64,000 nucleotides of DNA from Myxococcota bacterium (GTDB lineage: Bacteria; Myxococcota; UBA4151). Below the pieces are notes generated by a model. That model saw only the letters and a program-made list of their open reading frames with translations. It was not told the origin of the DNA and ran no database searches. Positions 28,530 to 37,799 of the stretch are shown one piece after another. Numbering within the stretch: position 1 is the stretch's first letter; each line of letters opens with the position of its first letter. The translations under genes and the position numbers were made by a program. Location of the stretch: assembly GCA_036338695.1 (NCBI GenBank), contig JAYZBQ010000098.1, positions 59 to 64,058 of the forward strand, in the 5' to 3' direction.

Positions 28530-29981
28530 ATGTCGCCACCGATCGATCGTCGTGACTTCGTCCGTTTGAGCTCGGTGGCAGCCCTCGCCGCGCCGACGTT
28601 ACTCGGCGCCTGCGGTGATGAGCCCGAGGCGCCCGCCCCGTCGCTTTGCGGTACCGCCGAGCCGGACGCAGGCGTGCTCTGGGACGTCGAACCCGAGGCG
28701 GTCCGGTTGGACGCTGAGTTGTTTCCGCTACCACCCCAATCTGGCGCGATGCGTGCCACCACCGCCCTGATCTGGGGCTACGGGGAGGGCGTCGATGCGC
28801 TGGACTTCTGGGTCTGGCGAACGGAGGGCGCTGAGCGCTACTTGGTCCACAGCGGCACCGCTGAGACCGCTGATGGCTACGCCAAGGTGGCGCTGGACGC
28901 GCTGGCGGCGGGGCAGTGGTACCAGTTTGTGTGGATGCGCTCGGGGGATGATGAGCCGGTGCGCAGTCAGGTGGGTCGATTTCGCACGGCGATCGAGCCC
29001 GGCTGCGGGGAGCGCTTGGTGGTCGCTGCGACGTCCTGCACCAACCGCCGGTTAGCGCCTTATCGGTCGCTCGAGATGATGGCGGCTGAGCAGCCCGACC
29101 TGTTCTTGCAGCTCGGCGATATGAGCTACAATGACCGGGCGCAGAGCACGGCTGAGTATCGTGCGCTCTGGCATGAGACGCTCTCGGACCCGGGCTACGC
29201 GGCGATTCTGGCGCAGTGCGGAATGTACGTGACCTGGGATGACCACGAGATCGTCGACAGCAGCTCGTACTACGCCATCGACGACGAGCGACGCCGCATC
29301 GCGACCGACGCCTGGTTTGAGACCCTGCCGTCGCCTCGGCTCGAGAACGACCGCTTCTGGGACAGCTACCGTTGGGGTGATACCGCTGAGTTCTTTGTCC
29401 TTGATTGCCGGAGCGAACGCGAGCCTGCGAGCCGGCGCACGCCTGAGGCGGCGTACATTTCACGTGCCCAGATGGAGTGGCTAAAGCAGGGGCTCGCCGA
29501 GAGTCAGGCGGTCTGGAAGGTGATCCTCAACTCGGTCCCGATGACCAACTGGCCCGACGCCGCGATCCTCGAGTCGGATCGGTGGGAGGGGTACGAGGCG
29601 CAGCGCCAAGAGCTGGTCGACTACTTCATTGCGCAGGACCTAGAAGGGGTGGTCGTCGTGAGCGGCGATTTTCACTGCGGATCGGTCTGTCGGTTGGAGC
29701 CGACGGGTCCGGGGCGTAAGTTCTTTGAGATTTTGGTCGGTCCGGGAGCCAACGGCGGGAACCCCTTGGCGTACCTGTTTCAGATGGGCTCAGAGGCTGA
29801 GCGGGCGCGCATCTTTGAGGGTGATCAGTTTGCGTTTTTGCACCACGGGATGTCGACGACGATGCTCACCTTTGATGGTGAGGCGAAGAGTCTGGGCATC
29901 GAGTACGTCGACCCTGAGTCGGGTGACCCGCGCTTTCGCGGCACGTTGTACACCGACGGGCGGCTTGAGACCGGCTCCTAG
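28530..29981 (+). CDS. phoD: PhoD-family alkaline phosphatase/phosphodiesterase (Tat signal plus lipobox)
   Basis: Twin-arginine motif DRRDFVRL followed by LLGAC. Metallophosphatase motifs LGDMSYND, WDDHEIVD, VVVSGDFHCG. Confidence 0.82.
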   Translation: MSPPIDRRDFVRLSSVAALAAPTLLGACGDEPEAPAPSLCGTAEPDAGVLWDVEPEAVRLDAELFPLPPQSGAMRATTALIWGYGEGVDALDFWVWRTEGAERYLVHSGTAETADGYAKVALDALAAGQWYQFVWMRSGDDEPVRSQVGRFRTAIEPGCGERLVVAATSCTNRRLAPYRSLEMMAAEQPDLFLQLGDMSYNDRAQSTAEYRALWHETLSDPGYAAILAQCGMYVTWDDHEIVDSSSYYAIDDERRRIATDAWFETLPSPRLENDRFWDSYRWGDTAEFFVLDCRSEREPASRRTPEAAYISRAQMEWLKQGLAESQAVWKVILNSVPMTNWPDAAILESDRWEGYEAQRQELVDYFIAQDLEGVVVVSGDFHCGSVCRLEPTGPGRKFFEILVGPGANGGNPLAYLFQMGSEAERARIFEGDQFAFLHHGMSTTMLTFDGEAKSLGIEYVDPESGDPRFRGTLYTDGRLETGS

Positions 29982-31984
29982 GGGCAGGGGGTATCCAGCG
30001 CTGCGGGGCCGCTGATCGTCGCCCCTTGAGGCGTCCCAACGCTCGCTAAAAAGCAGGTGTACTGAAAACGTGCAGCGTCTTGGTTGAACAGGACGTAGTG
30101 CCCTTTGATGTTCTCGGAGGCGTACTGAATGACTGCGCCGGTTTTGCCGTTGATGTTGCCTTTGACGGGGTAGGATGTCGCTTCTTGTCCCGACAAGCGC
30201 AGCGACGCGGGAATGAAGGGTTCGACCTCCGGACCGACGAGCGGCATCTTGAGGTTGACCGCAAGGGCTGCCTCGGCGCGCGGTGAAAAGTAGCCGTCGA
30301 TGATCCCCGCGGGCATCAACACATGTTTGGCAGGTATGCTGTCGAAGGGCTCGGCGATCAGGCGGTTCGCTTTGGTCACCGGGTCGACCATGTCCCACAC
30401 GTTCTGCATCGCGTGCAGCAGCGGGTGATTGCGCTCGATCGGTCGGCCGGGCTGGAGGAAGGCTTGCAGCACGCCTTGGACGTCGAACGGCTCGACGGCG
30501 TCGGTCGCGATCTCCGCCATCGACCCCCCGGAGCCCGACAACACGATCGCTTTGAGGCGGGGGTCGATCGCCGCCCAGCTCACCCCGATCGTTGAGCCCA
30601 TCGACTGACCCATACCGGTGAGGCGCTGCGGGTTGAAGCGAGCCGTCGTCGCGCCGCCGAGGTCGGCGCCGTCGAGCTGGTCGCTCGGGATCTGCGCCGC
30701 CAGAAGGAGCCGTGACAGGAGGGTCAACTCCATCGCTGCCGCGTTGAAATTGGCGATCGTTCCGCCCGGGTTGCCGGTGAGGTTGTACAGCATCAGGCCG
30801 GTGGTATCGGATGGGTTGTGCCTGTCGCCGTGCAGCGGGAAGTCAAACCCAAGGCTGGCGACGCCACGCCGAGCCAACCACTCGGCAGGACCGGTCCCTG
30901 GCGTCGCATCCGGTGCGTCGTCGCGCTCTTCCTCGGGGCCTCGGTTGATCACCTGCATCCACTCGCCGCCCGAGCCGTGGGCGTAGACGGTCAGGGGGTA
31001 CCCCTCAGCCGGCTGAGGCGACTTGGGGACCGCGAGGACGACCCTCATGTCCTGGTAGCGCTGGATCACGGGGTTGCCGTCGTCGCCCCAAGCGATGCGC
31101 CCCTCGCTCGCTTCCGCGAAGGGCGGGTTCCCGAGCTGGATACGTGGCAGGCTGACGCGCGCCGTGAGCATCACATAGCTTGCGTCTTCGAACTGTTGCT
31201 CTGAGCGCGTCCAGTCCTGACTGAGCTGCGGGATCGGTTGGGTCTCAGCCCACGCACCGAGCTTGCGCAGCATCCACTCATGGTCTGCGGTGGTAAAGAC
31301 GCTGGCCGCCACGACACGGTCGGCCTCGACCCGCCCGTCGTCCTTGAGCGCCTGACGGAGCGTCTTGAAGTCTTCGCGTGCTTGCTCGGAGCCGTCGATG
31401 TCCTCGAACGCTTTGTGGAAGGCCTCGGAGCGGCCGAGCGGCTGGCCTTGGGTATCTTGGACCGCATCGGTGACGACCAAAGCGTATTGGGTGTTCGGGC
31501 GGCGAACAAAGCCCGGCGCAGGCAGCGCAGCGAGCAGGTTGGTCGGTGCGTAGCGATCACCCTCGGTGTCAAAACTGACCTCCAGGGGGAAGCGTCGCCC
31601 GCGCTCAGCCGAGCTTGGGTCCACGTCGATGAGGAAGACGCTCGAATCCGGCGAGACCGAGGCGGCGGCGGTGCTGGGGAGGGTCGATGCATCGAGGCTG
31701 CCGGAAGCACGCACGAAGACACCGGAGGACAGCCCCCATCTACCCTGCAAGGACTCTTCACCCGCTTCGAGCCACATGGCGACCATGGCAGCGTTCCAGT
31801 CCCCCGGCCACTTCTCGAGATCCCAGGTGCCGTCGGACTCGATGCGCAGGTCGCTCGGGATCGGTAGGTCCCAAAAGCTACCCGCTGGATCCCAGATCGC
31901 CTGCGTCGGACGCTCCTCCCAAGCAGGATCACAGCCCCCTAAGAGCGCCACAAGGCAGAGCACGTTGAGTGGTCGTCGTTGCAT
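29978..31984 (-). CDS. Lipoprotein, alpha/beta-hydrolase-like (GxSxG serine hydrolase)
   Basis: MQRRPLNVLCLVALLGGC is a lipobox. VYAHGSGGEW and GMGQSMGSTIG (nucleophile elbow). Confidence 0.6.
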   Translation of the reverse strand: MQRRPLNVLCLVALLGGCDPAWEERPTQAIWDPAGSFWDLPIPSDLRIESDGTWDLEKWPGDWNAAMVAMWLEAGEESLQGRWGLSSGVFVRASGSLDASTLPSTAAASVSPDSSVFLIDVDPSSAERGRRFPLEVSFDTEGDRYAPTNLLAALPAPGFVRRPNTQYALVVTDAVQDTQGQPLGRSEAFHKAFEDIDGSEQAREDFKTLRQALKDDGRVEADRVVAASVFTTADHEWMLRKLGAWAETQPIPQLSQDWTRSEQQFEDASYVMLTARVSLPRIQLGNPPFAEASEGRIAWGDDGNPVIQRYQDMRVVLAVPKSPQPAEGYPLTVYAHGSGGEWMQVINRGPEEERDDAPDATPGTGPAEWLARRGVASLGFDFPLHGDRHNPSDTTGLMLYNLTGNPGGTIANFNAAAMELTLLSRLLLAAQIPSDQLDGADLGGATTARFNPQRLTGMGQSMGSTIGVSWAAIDPRLKAIVLSGSGGSMAEIATDAVEPFDVQGVLQAFLQPGRPIERNHPLLHAMQNVWDMVDPVTKANRLIAEPFDSIPAKHVLMPAGIIDGYFSPRAEAALAVNLKMPLVGPEVEPFIPASLRLSGQEATSYPVKGNINGKTGAVIQYASENIKGHYVLFNQDAARFQYTCFLASVGTPQGATISGPAALDTPCP

Positions 31985-32139
31985 GGTGTTCTTCCTCGTC
32001 GGTGCGTTTTCTTTGAGCGATGACGGCTTGGGCCGCAACCCTTGCGCCAGCCTGCCGATGACTCAACTGACGCACATAGCTCGCTGCTCGCATCGAAGCG
32101 GAAAGCTTGCTAAGAGGCAAAGGCACGGAGGCGAATCGT

Positions 32140-33234
32140 ATGCTCACCCCAGTGAATCTTCAACGCAATCAAGCGAACTCGATGCAACGGCTCGGTGGTC
32201 AGAACCCACTGCAGCAGGTCGGGACCGGTCTCGCACAGCAAGGACGGCTCTACGCCGACGCCTTTGAACGCAGCGGGAACATGCTGCGCCAAGGCGCTCA
32301 GAACCTGGGCGCAGGCATCGCTGGGGCGGGCGCTCAGGCGGCTGACAACTTCCGCCTCTCGACAGCGCTTGGCGAGAGCGCGAGCGGGGGCTGGGGCTTT
32401 GGTGGGCGCGCGGGGTATTCGACCAAGCTCGTCAACACCAAGCATGATGCGCACACCTTCGCCGATCGTCAGTGGAGTAACCGGCCGGACTCAGAAAACT
32501 CCGACAACGGCACGGGGATCCCGATTAACGCGACCTTGTTTAACGTCGGCGCACGCCGGTCGGTGACGGCCGCGACTGCGAGCGCCGAAACGAGCGTGGG
32601 CGGTGTCGACCTGACCGGTGCGATCTACGCAGGACGCCTCGGTGGCATGACCAACGCCAACGCAACCGTCGACCTCAACAGCGCAACGGTGAAGGCAAAC
32701 GCTGGCGTACGCGGTGAAGCCCACCTCGTGGGTGTCTCGGCGAGCGCCAACCGGCGTATCGGTACGGACGCGCTGAACACGACCTCCTCGGTCAAGGGCG
32801 ACGCCTTTGTCGGCGCAGACGCAGGCGCCAACGTCGGCGTGAACTTCAACCCGCGCAGCGGCAGCGCTGGGGTCAGCGCGGGGCTTGACGCCTTCGCTGG
32901 GGCGAAAGCCAAGGGCAAGGTGCGCCAGTCACTCGGTGTGGCGGGTGAGAACATCGGCGCCGTCGGTGTGAGCGGTGAGGCCTGGGCCGGGATCGGCGCC
33001 AGCGCCAACGCCACCGCCGGCTTTGAGGACGGCAAGTTCAAGCTGAGCGGCTCAATTGGGGCGGCGCTGGGCGTGGGCGGCAAGGTCGGCTTCGACGTCG
33101 AGGTGGACGTCGTCGGCACGGCCAAGGCTGCCGTCAAAGTCGGCTCGGATGCTATCGATGCTGCCAGTGAGGTCGCAGGAGATATTGCCAACGCCTTCAG
33201 TTCGGGTTGGGATAAGATCTCTTCACTCTGGTAA
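32140..33234 (+). CDS. Hypothetical Gly/Ala/Asn-rich repeat protein (no signal peptide)
   Basis: GGAGG lies 8 nt before the ATG at 32140. About 364 aa. The C-terminal 200 aa consist of degenerate roughly 20-aa G/A/V-rich units (GDAFVGADAGANVGVNF, GAVGVSGEAWAGIGASANATAGF, GSIGAALGVGGKVGF). Confidence 0.6.
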   Translation: MLTPVNLQRNQANSMQRLGGQNPLQQVGTGLAQQGRLYADAFERSGNMLRQGAQNLGAGIAGAGAQAADNFRLSTALGESASGGWGFGGRAGYSTKLVNTKHDAHTFADRQWSNRPDSENSDNGTGIPINATLFNVGARRSVTAATASAETSVGGVDLTGAIYAGRLGGMTNANATVDLNSATVKANAGVRGEAHLVGVSASANRRIGTDALNTTSSVKGDAFVGADAGANVGVNFNPRSGSAGVSAGLDAFAGAKAKGKVRQSLGVAGENIGAVGVSGEAWAGIGASANATAGFEDGKFKLSGSIGAALGVGGKVGFDVEVDVVGTAKAAVKVGSDAIDAASEVAGDIANAFSSGWDKISSLW

Positions 33235-33249
33235 GCACAAGGTGCACTG

Positions 33250-34431
33250 ATGACGACATCCATCGATGATCTTCTGGACACGGGACGCCTCGACGAGGCG
33301 TCCCGTCGTCTTTCTGAACAACTGCAAAAGGGTCCGGCGTCCGCAGACGCTTTGGTCGCGCAAGGGCGCTTGCTCGGCGCCCAGCGCGATCTAGAGGGCG
33401 CGCTCCAAAGCCTCGAAGAGGCGCTGGGGCTGGACCCGTCGCACGCACGCGCCCGAGGGTACCGCGGCGTCCTGCTGTACGAAATGGGGCGGCAGGGCGA
33501 GGCGCGCCCTGACTTGATGGCCGCCGCCGAGCAAGGGATCGCCGATGGCGCGATCCACTTTGCGCTGGCGCGCAGTTTGGCAGCAGCCGGCGAGCTCAGC
33601 GCTGCGCTGACCGCAGCGGACCAGGCTGCGGATGATCAGCCGCAGAACTGGGCGTTCCAGTTCGTGCGGGCGCGGATTCTAAGTGACCTAGGGCGTTACG
33701 ATGAGTCTCTGGAGGCGCTGCGCGTCACCGTGCGTTGTGATCCCAGCCAAGAGGAGCCATGGATCGTGCTGTGTACGATCTTGGTGAACCTCGGTGAGAC
33801 GCGTGATGCCATCACGAACCTGCAGACCGCGCTGCGCCACGTACCGAACACCGACCGGCTCAAGGAGTTGCTGGCGCATGCGGCCCTGGCTCAGGGAGAC
33901 GTCGAGCTGGCGACCCACCAGCTCGAAGAACTCAGCCGGGCACATCCGCAGGATGCGACGACGCTCGGTAACTTGGCGCTGTGTTATGTCGCAGGCGGAC
34001 GGGCGCAGATGGCTGAGACCGTCTACCGAAACGCCATCGAACTCGCTCCAGCAGACGCCACGCTCCACTACCAGCTGGCTTCATTGCTTGAGGACAAGGA
34101 GGGCGAGCAGGCGCTGCACGAGGCGGTCGAGCACTACCGTCAGGCGATCGCTGCGAACGATCAAATGTGGGAGCCGTGCAGCGATCTCGGGCGGCTGCAT
34201 GTGACGCAGGCTGAGATCCAAGACCTCGATCGGGCCTTTGAGTTGCTCGAGCGGGCGCGCAGCTTGGGCGGTGATCGCCCTGAGATTTTGATGAACATGG
34301 CGCTTGGCTTCGCCCACAAAGGGGAGAACGCAGCCTGCGCGAAGCTGTGCCGACAGGTTGAGGCGCATCCGGATGCGGAGAACGCCCTGAAGGATCAGGC
34401 GCACGCGCTCGCCAAACACGTCAGCGGCTGA
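33250..34431 (+). CDS. TPR repeat protein
   Basis: 393 aa with repeated 34-aa A/L/G/Y-patterned helices (ALVAQGRLLGAQRDLEGALQSLEEALGLDPSHARA and similar). Confidence 0.8.
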   Translation: MTTSIDDLLDTGRLDEASRRLSEQLQKGPASADALVAQGRLLGAQRDLEGALQSLEEALGLDPSHARARGYRGVLLYEMGRQGEARPDLMAAAEQGIADGAIHFALARSLAAAGELSAALTAADQAADDQPQNWAFQFVRARILSDLGRYDESLEALRVTVRCDPSQEEPWIVLCTILVNLGETRDAITNLQTALRHVPNTDRLKELLAHAALAQGDVELATHQLEELSRAHPQDATTLGNLALCYVAGGRAQMAETVYRNAIELAPADATLHYQLASLLEDKEGEQALHEAVEHYRQAIAANDQMWEPCSDLGRLHVTQAEIQDLDRAFELLERARSLGGDRPEILMNMALGFAHKGENAACAKLCRQVEAHPDAENALKDQAHALAKHVSG

Positions 34432-34435
34432 GCGC

Positions 34436-35773
34436 ATGGGGTCCGTCGAGCTCTTTTTACTCTGCATCGCTGCGGTCTTCTTGATCGGTGTCGTGGGCGA
34501 GCTGGTCTTCGCTCGCACGGGCGTTCCAGACGTCGTGTGGCTGATCGTCGTCGGTGTGTTCATGGGGCCGGTTTTTGGGTTGGTCGAGCGCGACCTGCTC
34601 ATGGACATTGCGCCGTTCTTTGGCGCGCTGACCTTGGTGATCGTCTTGTTCGATGGCGGCGTGCGCCTCCGCTTGGGTGAGCTGATGTCGGCGGCGCCGC
34701 GCAGCCTGTTACTCGCGGTCAGCGGTTTCGTAGGGGCCGTGCTCGCCATGGCTGCGGTGAGCATGTTGTTCGCCAAGTTGGGGCTCTTACCGAAAGCGTC
34801 CTGGACCTGGATGCACGGGCTCATCCTCGGCGCCATCGTCGGAGGGGCGAGCTCGGTGGTGATCATGCCGGCGCTCGACCTCGCCGGGCTCGACGAGCGC
34901 TTGAGCAACCTGCTCAAGCTGGAGTCAGCGCTCACCGACGTGTTGTGCGTGGTGGGCGCCATCACCTTGATCGAGCTCGCGGGCGGGGGCGCCTTCGATA
35001 AAGACGCGGTGCTGTCGACGCTGGGCAAGAGCTTTGGCATCGGTTTGCTGTATGGCGTGCTCGGCGGGCTCCTATGGATCGTCCTGCACCGCCTCTGGGG
35101 CGGCTCGAAGCATGCGTATCCGATCACGCTGTCGGGGCTCTTGATGCTCTATGTGGCGACCTCGCGCGCTGGCGGCAGCGCCGCACTTGCGATCTTGGCG
35201 GCGGCGGTGGTGATCGGCAACGCCCGCTCGGTCACCCAGCTGCTCAAGATGAAAGACGCAGTCGCCCTCGAGCTGGACGTCGAGCGTTTTCATGGCGTCG
35301 TCAGCTTCATGATCAAGAGCTTCTTTTTCTGCTTCATCGGCTTGATGTTGTCGCCGCCCTGGTCGCTGATCGGTGTCGGCGCCGCGCTCGGCCTCGCCCT
35401 GCTCGCAGTCCGCTGGCCCACGGCGCAGCTGGCGCTGCGCGGCGCGGGTTTCTCGAAGGGTGAGCGAGGCTTGGTGGCGGTCTGCATGCCGCGCGGTATG
35501 GCGGCTGGCGTGCTGGCGATCCTTCCCGCTCAGGCGGGTATCGCCGGTATGCAGGAGCTCCCCGTGGTGGTCTTTAGCTGCGTGGTGGTCACGATCCTCG
35601 CCTTTGCGGTGGGGATGCCCGTCATGACGCAACGCATCGAGCAGGAGGCGGCAGCGACAGACGGTGATGATGACCCGGGCGGCGGCTTGGAGGCGTTGCC
35701 GTTGACCGCAACCGAAAGCTCGACCGAGAGCGCGTCAGCCGAGCTCGAGCACCCGACCGTACCGCTTACCTAG
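34436..35773 (+). CDS. Cation:proton antiporter (Na+/H+ exchanger family)
   Basis: Polytopic membrane protein: LFLLCIAAVFLIGVVGELVFARTGVPDVVWLIVVGVFMGP...LVIVLFDGG, typical of the CPA N-terminus. Confidence 0.8.
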   Translation: MGSVELFLLCIAAVFLIGVVGELVFARTGVPDVVWLIVVGVFMGPVFGLVERDLLMDIAPFFGALTLVIVLFDGGVRLRLGELMSAAPRSLLLAVSGFVGAVLAMAAVSMLFAKLGLLPKASWTWMHGLILGAIVGGASSVVIMPALDLAGLDERLSNLLKLESALTDVLCVVGAITLIELAGGGAFDKDAVLSTLGKSFGIGLLYGVLGGLLWIVLHRLWGGSKHAYPITLSGLLMLYVATSRAGGSAALAILAAAVVIGNARSVTQLLKMKDAVALELDVERFHGVVSFMIKSFFFCFIGLMLSPPWSLIGVGAALGLALLAVRWPTAQLALRGAGFSKGERGLVAVCMPRGMAAGVLAILPAQAGIAGMQELPVVVFSCVVVTILAFAVGMPVMTQRIEQEAAATDGDDDPGGGLEALPLTATESSTESASAELEHPTVPLT

Positions 35774-36452
35774 CCGCGGTGGCGCAGGTTGAGACGCCTG
35801 CGCCCACGATGTTCATGTCGGTGTCTTCGGCTTCGACCTGCATCGACCCGTCTCGACCGGACACGCGCAGGACCTTGGTCGACTCGCCCATGCCGTTTTG
35901 TCGGACGAAGATGAAGAAGTCACCGCCCCAGTTGGCGAAGGCGAAGGTGTCGATGGTGTAGGGGTTGGGGAAGCGCTCCAGGTTGATGGAGCGCTCGATG
36001 CGTGCGTTGACCTTGTTGAGCTCGACGACGCGTGCCGGGGTCTCGAGCGGGAGGATGGCCCAGAGCTGTCCGAGCCGGTTGCCGGTGAGCTCCGACTGAC
36101 TGGGCAGGCGCCCCACGTTCTCCATGGTCCAGTTAGCGACGTTGAGGCGAGCGAGCTGCGAGCGGTTGGCGACAAAGAGCTCATCTTGCCAGCCGTTCGC
36201 TGAGGTCGTCGCGAAGCCCATCCCAAAGTGACCAAAATCGCTCTCGTAGTCGGTCTCTTCACACCCCATCGTCCCCAGATTCACCGAGTAGAGGGTGTCG
36301 TCGTAGTAGCGTACGTAGGCGAACCCGTCGCGAGCGATGGACATCGAGGCGGGGCGCCCGGCGAACTGCCCGCAGTCGAGATCCCCCACGTGCTGGAACA
36401 CGGCTTCTCGCGTGTCGTAGTAGTGGATGGATTCGGTCTCCTTATCGATCAC
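35766..36452 (-). CDS. Hypothetical globular (beta-rich) domain ORF; in frame with upstream lipoprotein ORF 36486-36761 across a single TAA
   Basis: 228-aa ORF whose only start is a GTG. It has no signal peptide. The 11 codons between the TAA (36486-36488) and the GTG are open and read NDCKGLEDAIY. Confidence 0.6.
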   Translation of the reverse strand: MIDKETESIHYYDTREAVFQHVGDLDCGQFAGRPASMSIARDGFAYVRYYDDTLYSVNLGTMGCEETDYESDFGHFGMGFATTSANGWQDELFVANRSQLARLNVANWTMENVGRLPSQSELTGNRLGQLWAILPLETPARVVELNKVNARIERSINLERFPNPYTIDTFAFANWGGDFFIFVRQNGMGESTKVLRVSGRDGSMQVEAEDTDMNIVGAGVSTCATAAR

Positions 36453-36485
36453 ATAGATGGCGTCCTCGAGCCCTTTGCAGTCGTT

Positions 36486-36761
36486 TTACGGCGCTGGGTT
36501 GGCGGGCGGTTTCTCCGTCCGATCAGGGTCCCGCTCGTCCGTGTTGGGCTCGCGCTCGTCATCACGGTGCGGGGCGTTGTGGTCATCATCTTGCGGCTCG
36601 TCGTCGCGGGTGGGCGCTGCGTTGACGCCAGTATCGTAGAACTCGCTGGTCCCTGCGTCGACCACCACGCGTCGCTCGCCGTCGGCAACGCTGGCATAGT
36701 CGGGTCCGCATCCGATGAGCGTGAGGGTGATGAGGCAAGCGGGGGTGAGAGTCTTCGACAT
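36486..36761 (-). CDS. Lipoprotein signal peptide plus disordered acidic linker (N-terminal part of a split gene)
   Basis: MSKTLTPACLITLTLIGCG is a lipobox. It is followed only by a low-complexity D/E/P-rich linker and ends at a TAA in frame with ORF 35766-36452. Confidence 0.55.
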   Translation of the reverse strand: MSKTLTPACLITLTLIGCGPDYASVADGERRVVVDAGTSEFYDTGVNAAPTRDDEPQDDDHNAPHRDDEREPNTDERDPDRTEKPPANPAP

Positions 36762-36821
36762 GCTGGTTCTCCACGATGGTTGATAGGAACGGGCTTCATC
36801 TAAAGTACCTCCAAAGTTATT

Positions 36822-36851
36822 TTGTAAAAGCGATAAGTCCTGTCTTATATG
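36822..36851 (+). promoter_or_regulatory. Putative sigma70-like promoter with an embedded LysR-type dyad (ATAAG-N6-CTTAT)
   Basis: This is the only clearly AT-rich stretch in the window. TTGTAA lies at 36822-36827, then a 17-18 nt spacer, then TTATAT/TATATG at 36845-36851. The dyad is at 36833-36848. The stretch lies between the divergent lipoprotein gene and the LysR gene. Confidence 0.35.
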
Positions 36852-36893
36852 AGCAGGATTTTTGAACTAAACTTAGCGCAAAGAGGGAGGCTC

Positions 36894-37799
36894 ATGAACA
36901 TCACATTGGATCAGCTGCTGGCGCTGGAGGCGATCGTTCGGACCGGCAGCTTCGCGCGCGCTGCCGCCGAGATGCACCGGGTGCCCTCTGCGATCAGCTA
37001 CCTGGTTCGAGGTTTGGAGTCTGCGACCGGTCTTGAGCTGTTTGATCGCAGCAAACGACAGGCGGTCCTGACCCCCGCCGGGCGGCGGCTGCTCGCCCAG
37101 GCTCAGGGCGTGCTCGAGGGGGCGCATCAGCTTGAAGCGCTTGCGGTCGAGCTGCGCTCGGGTTGGGAGCCGGAGCTGCGCGTCGTCGTCGATGGCGCCT
37201 TGCCTTTTGGCGCGATCAGCGCCGTCCTTAGGCGCTTCGCCGATCCGGACATTCCCACCTTTTTGCGCGTGGACGTCGAGTATCAAGAGGGGGTGCTCTA
37301 TCGGTTCGAGAAGGGACCCGCTCAGATCGGATTGGTCCTGGGTTTTGAGGGTGGGGGCGGTGAGGAAGGCTTTGACTGTCAGCCGCTCGGTCCGCTCGAG
37401 TTGGTGTTGGTCGCTTCGCCGGATCACCCGCTCGCAGCTGTCGAACTCACCGACGAATTGCGCGCACAGCACGCCGAGCTGGTGGTGCGCGACTCGTCAC
37501 CTGATTTTGAGTTGACCAGCAAACCGTCCTTTATGGGCAGCCGCAACATCGTCTACTTGTCCGACTTCTTCAGCAAGCGCGTCGCGTTGATCGATGGCGC
37601 AGGTTACGGCTGGATCCCGTATCACTTCGTGCGCGACGACCTCGACGCCGGGACGCTCACGTTGCTCAAGGCCGAGAGCAACCGATGGACCTATCATCCA
37701 CAGTTGATCGTCCGCGAGGGGCATGAGCTCGGCCGCGCAGGTCGGCTCTTCGTTGAGACGCTCTCGCCGCCACTCGCTGGCCTGAATGCGCTCAGCTAG
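36894..37799 (+). CDS. LysR family transcriptional regulator
   Basis: N-terminal wHTH LDQLLALEAIVRTGSFARAAAEMHRVPSAISYLVRGLE. GGGAGG precedes the ATG at 36894. Confidence 0.9.
   Translation: MNITLDQLLALEAIVRTGSFARAAAEMHRVPSAISYLVRGLESATGLELFDRSKRQAVLTPAGRRLLAQAQGVLEGAHQLEALAVELRSGWEPELRVVVDGALPFGAISAVLRRFADPDIPTFLRVDVEYQEGVLYRFEKGPAQIGLVLGFEGGGGEEGFDCQPLGPLELVLVASPDHPLAAVELTDELRAQHAELVVRDSSPDFELTSKPSFMGSRNIVYLSDFFSKRVALIDGAGYGWIPYHFVRDDLDAGTLTLLKAESNRWTYHPQLIVREGHELGRAGRLFVETLSPPLAGLNALS

Noticed and set aside
33232-33252. A possible fourth in-frame TAA: the Gly-rich gene (stop at 33232-33234) and the TPR gene (ATG at 33250) share a frame.
   Set aside because: The TPR protein has a natural-looking N-terminus and its own ATG. 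The five intervening codons are not obviously coding. A shared frame has a one-in-three chance expectation. No conserved domain is split here.
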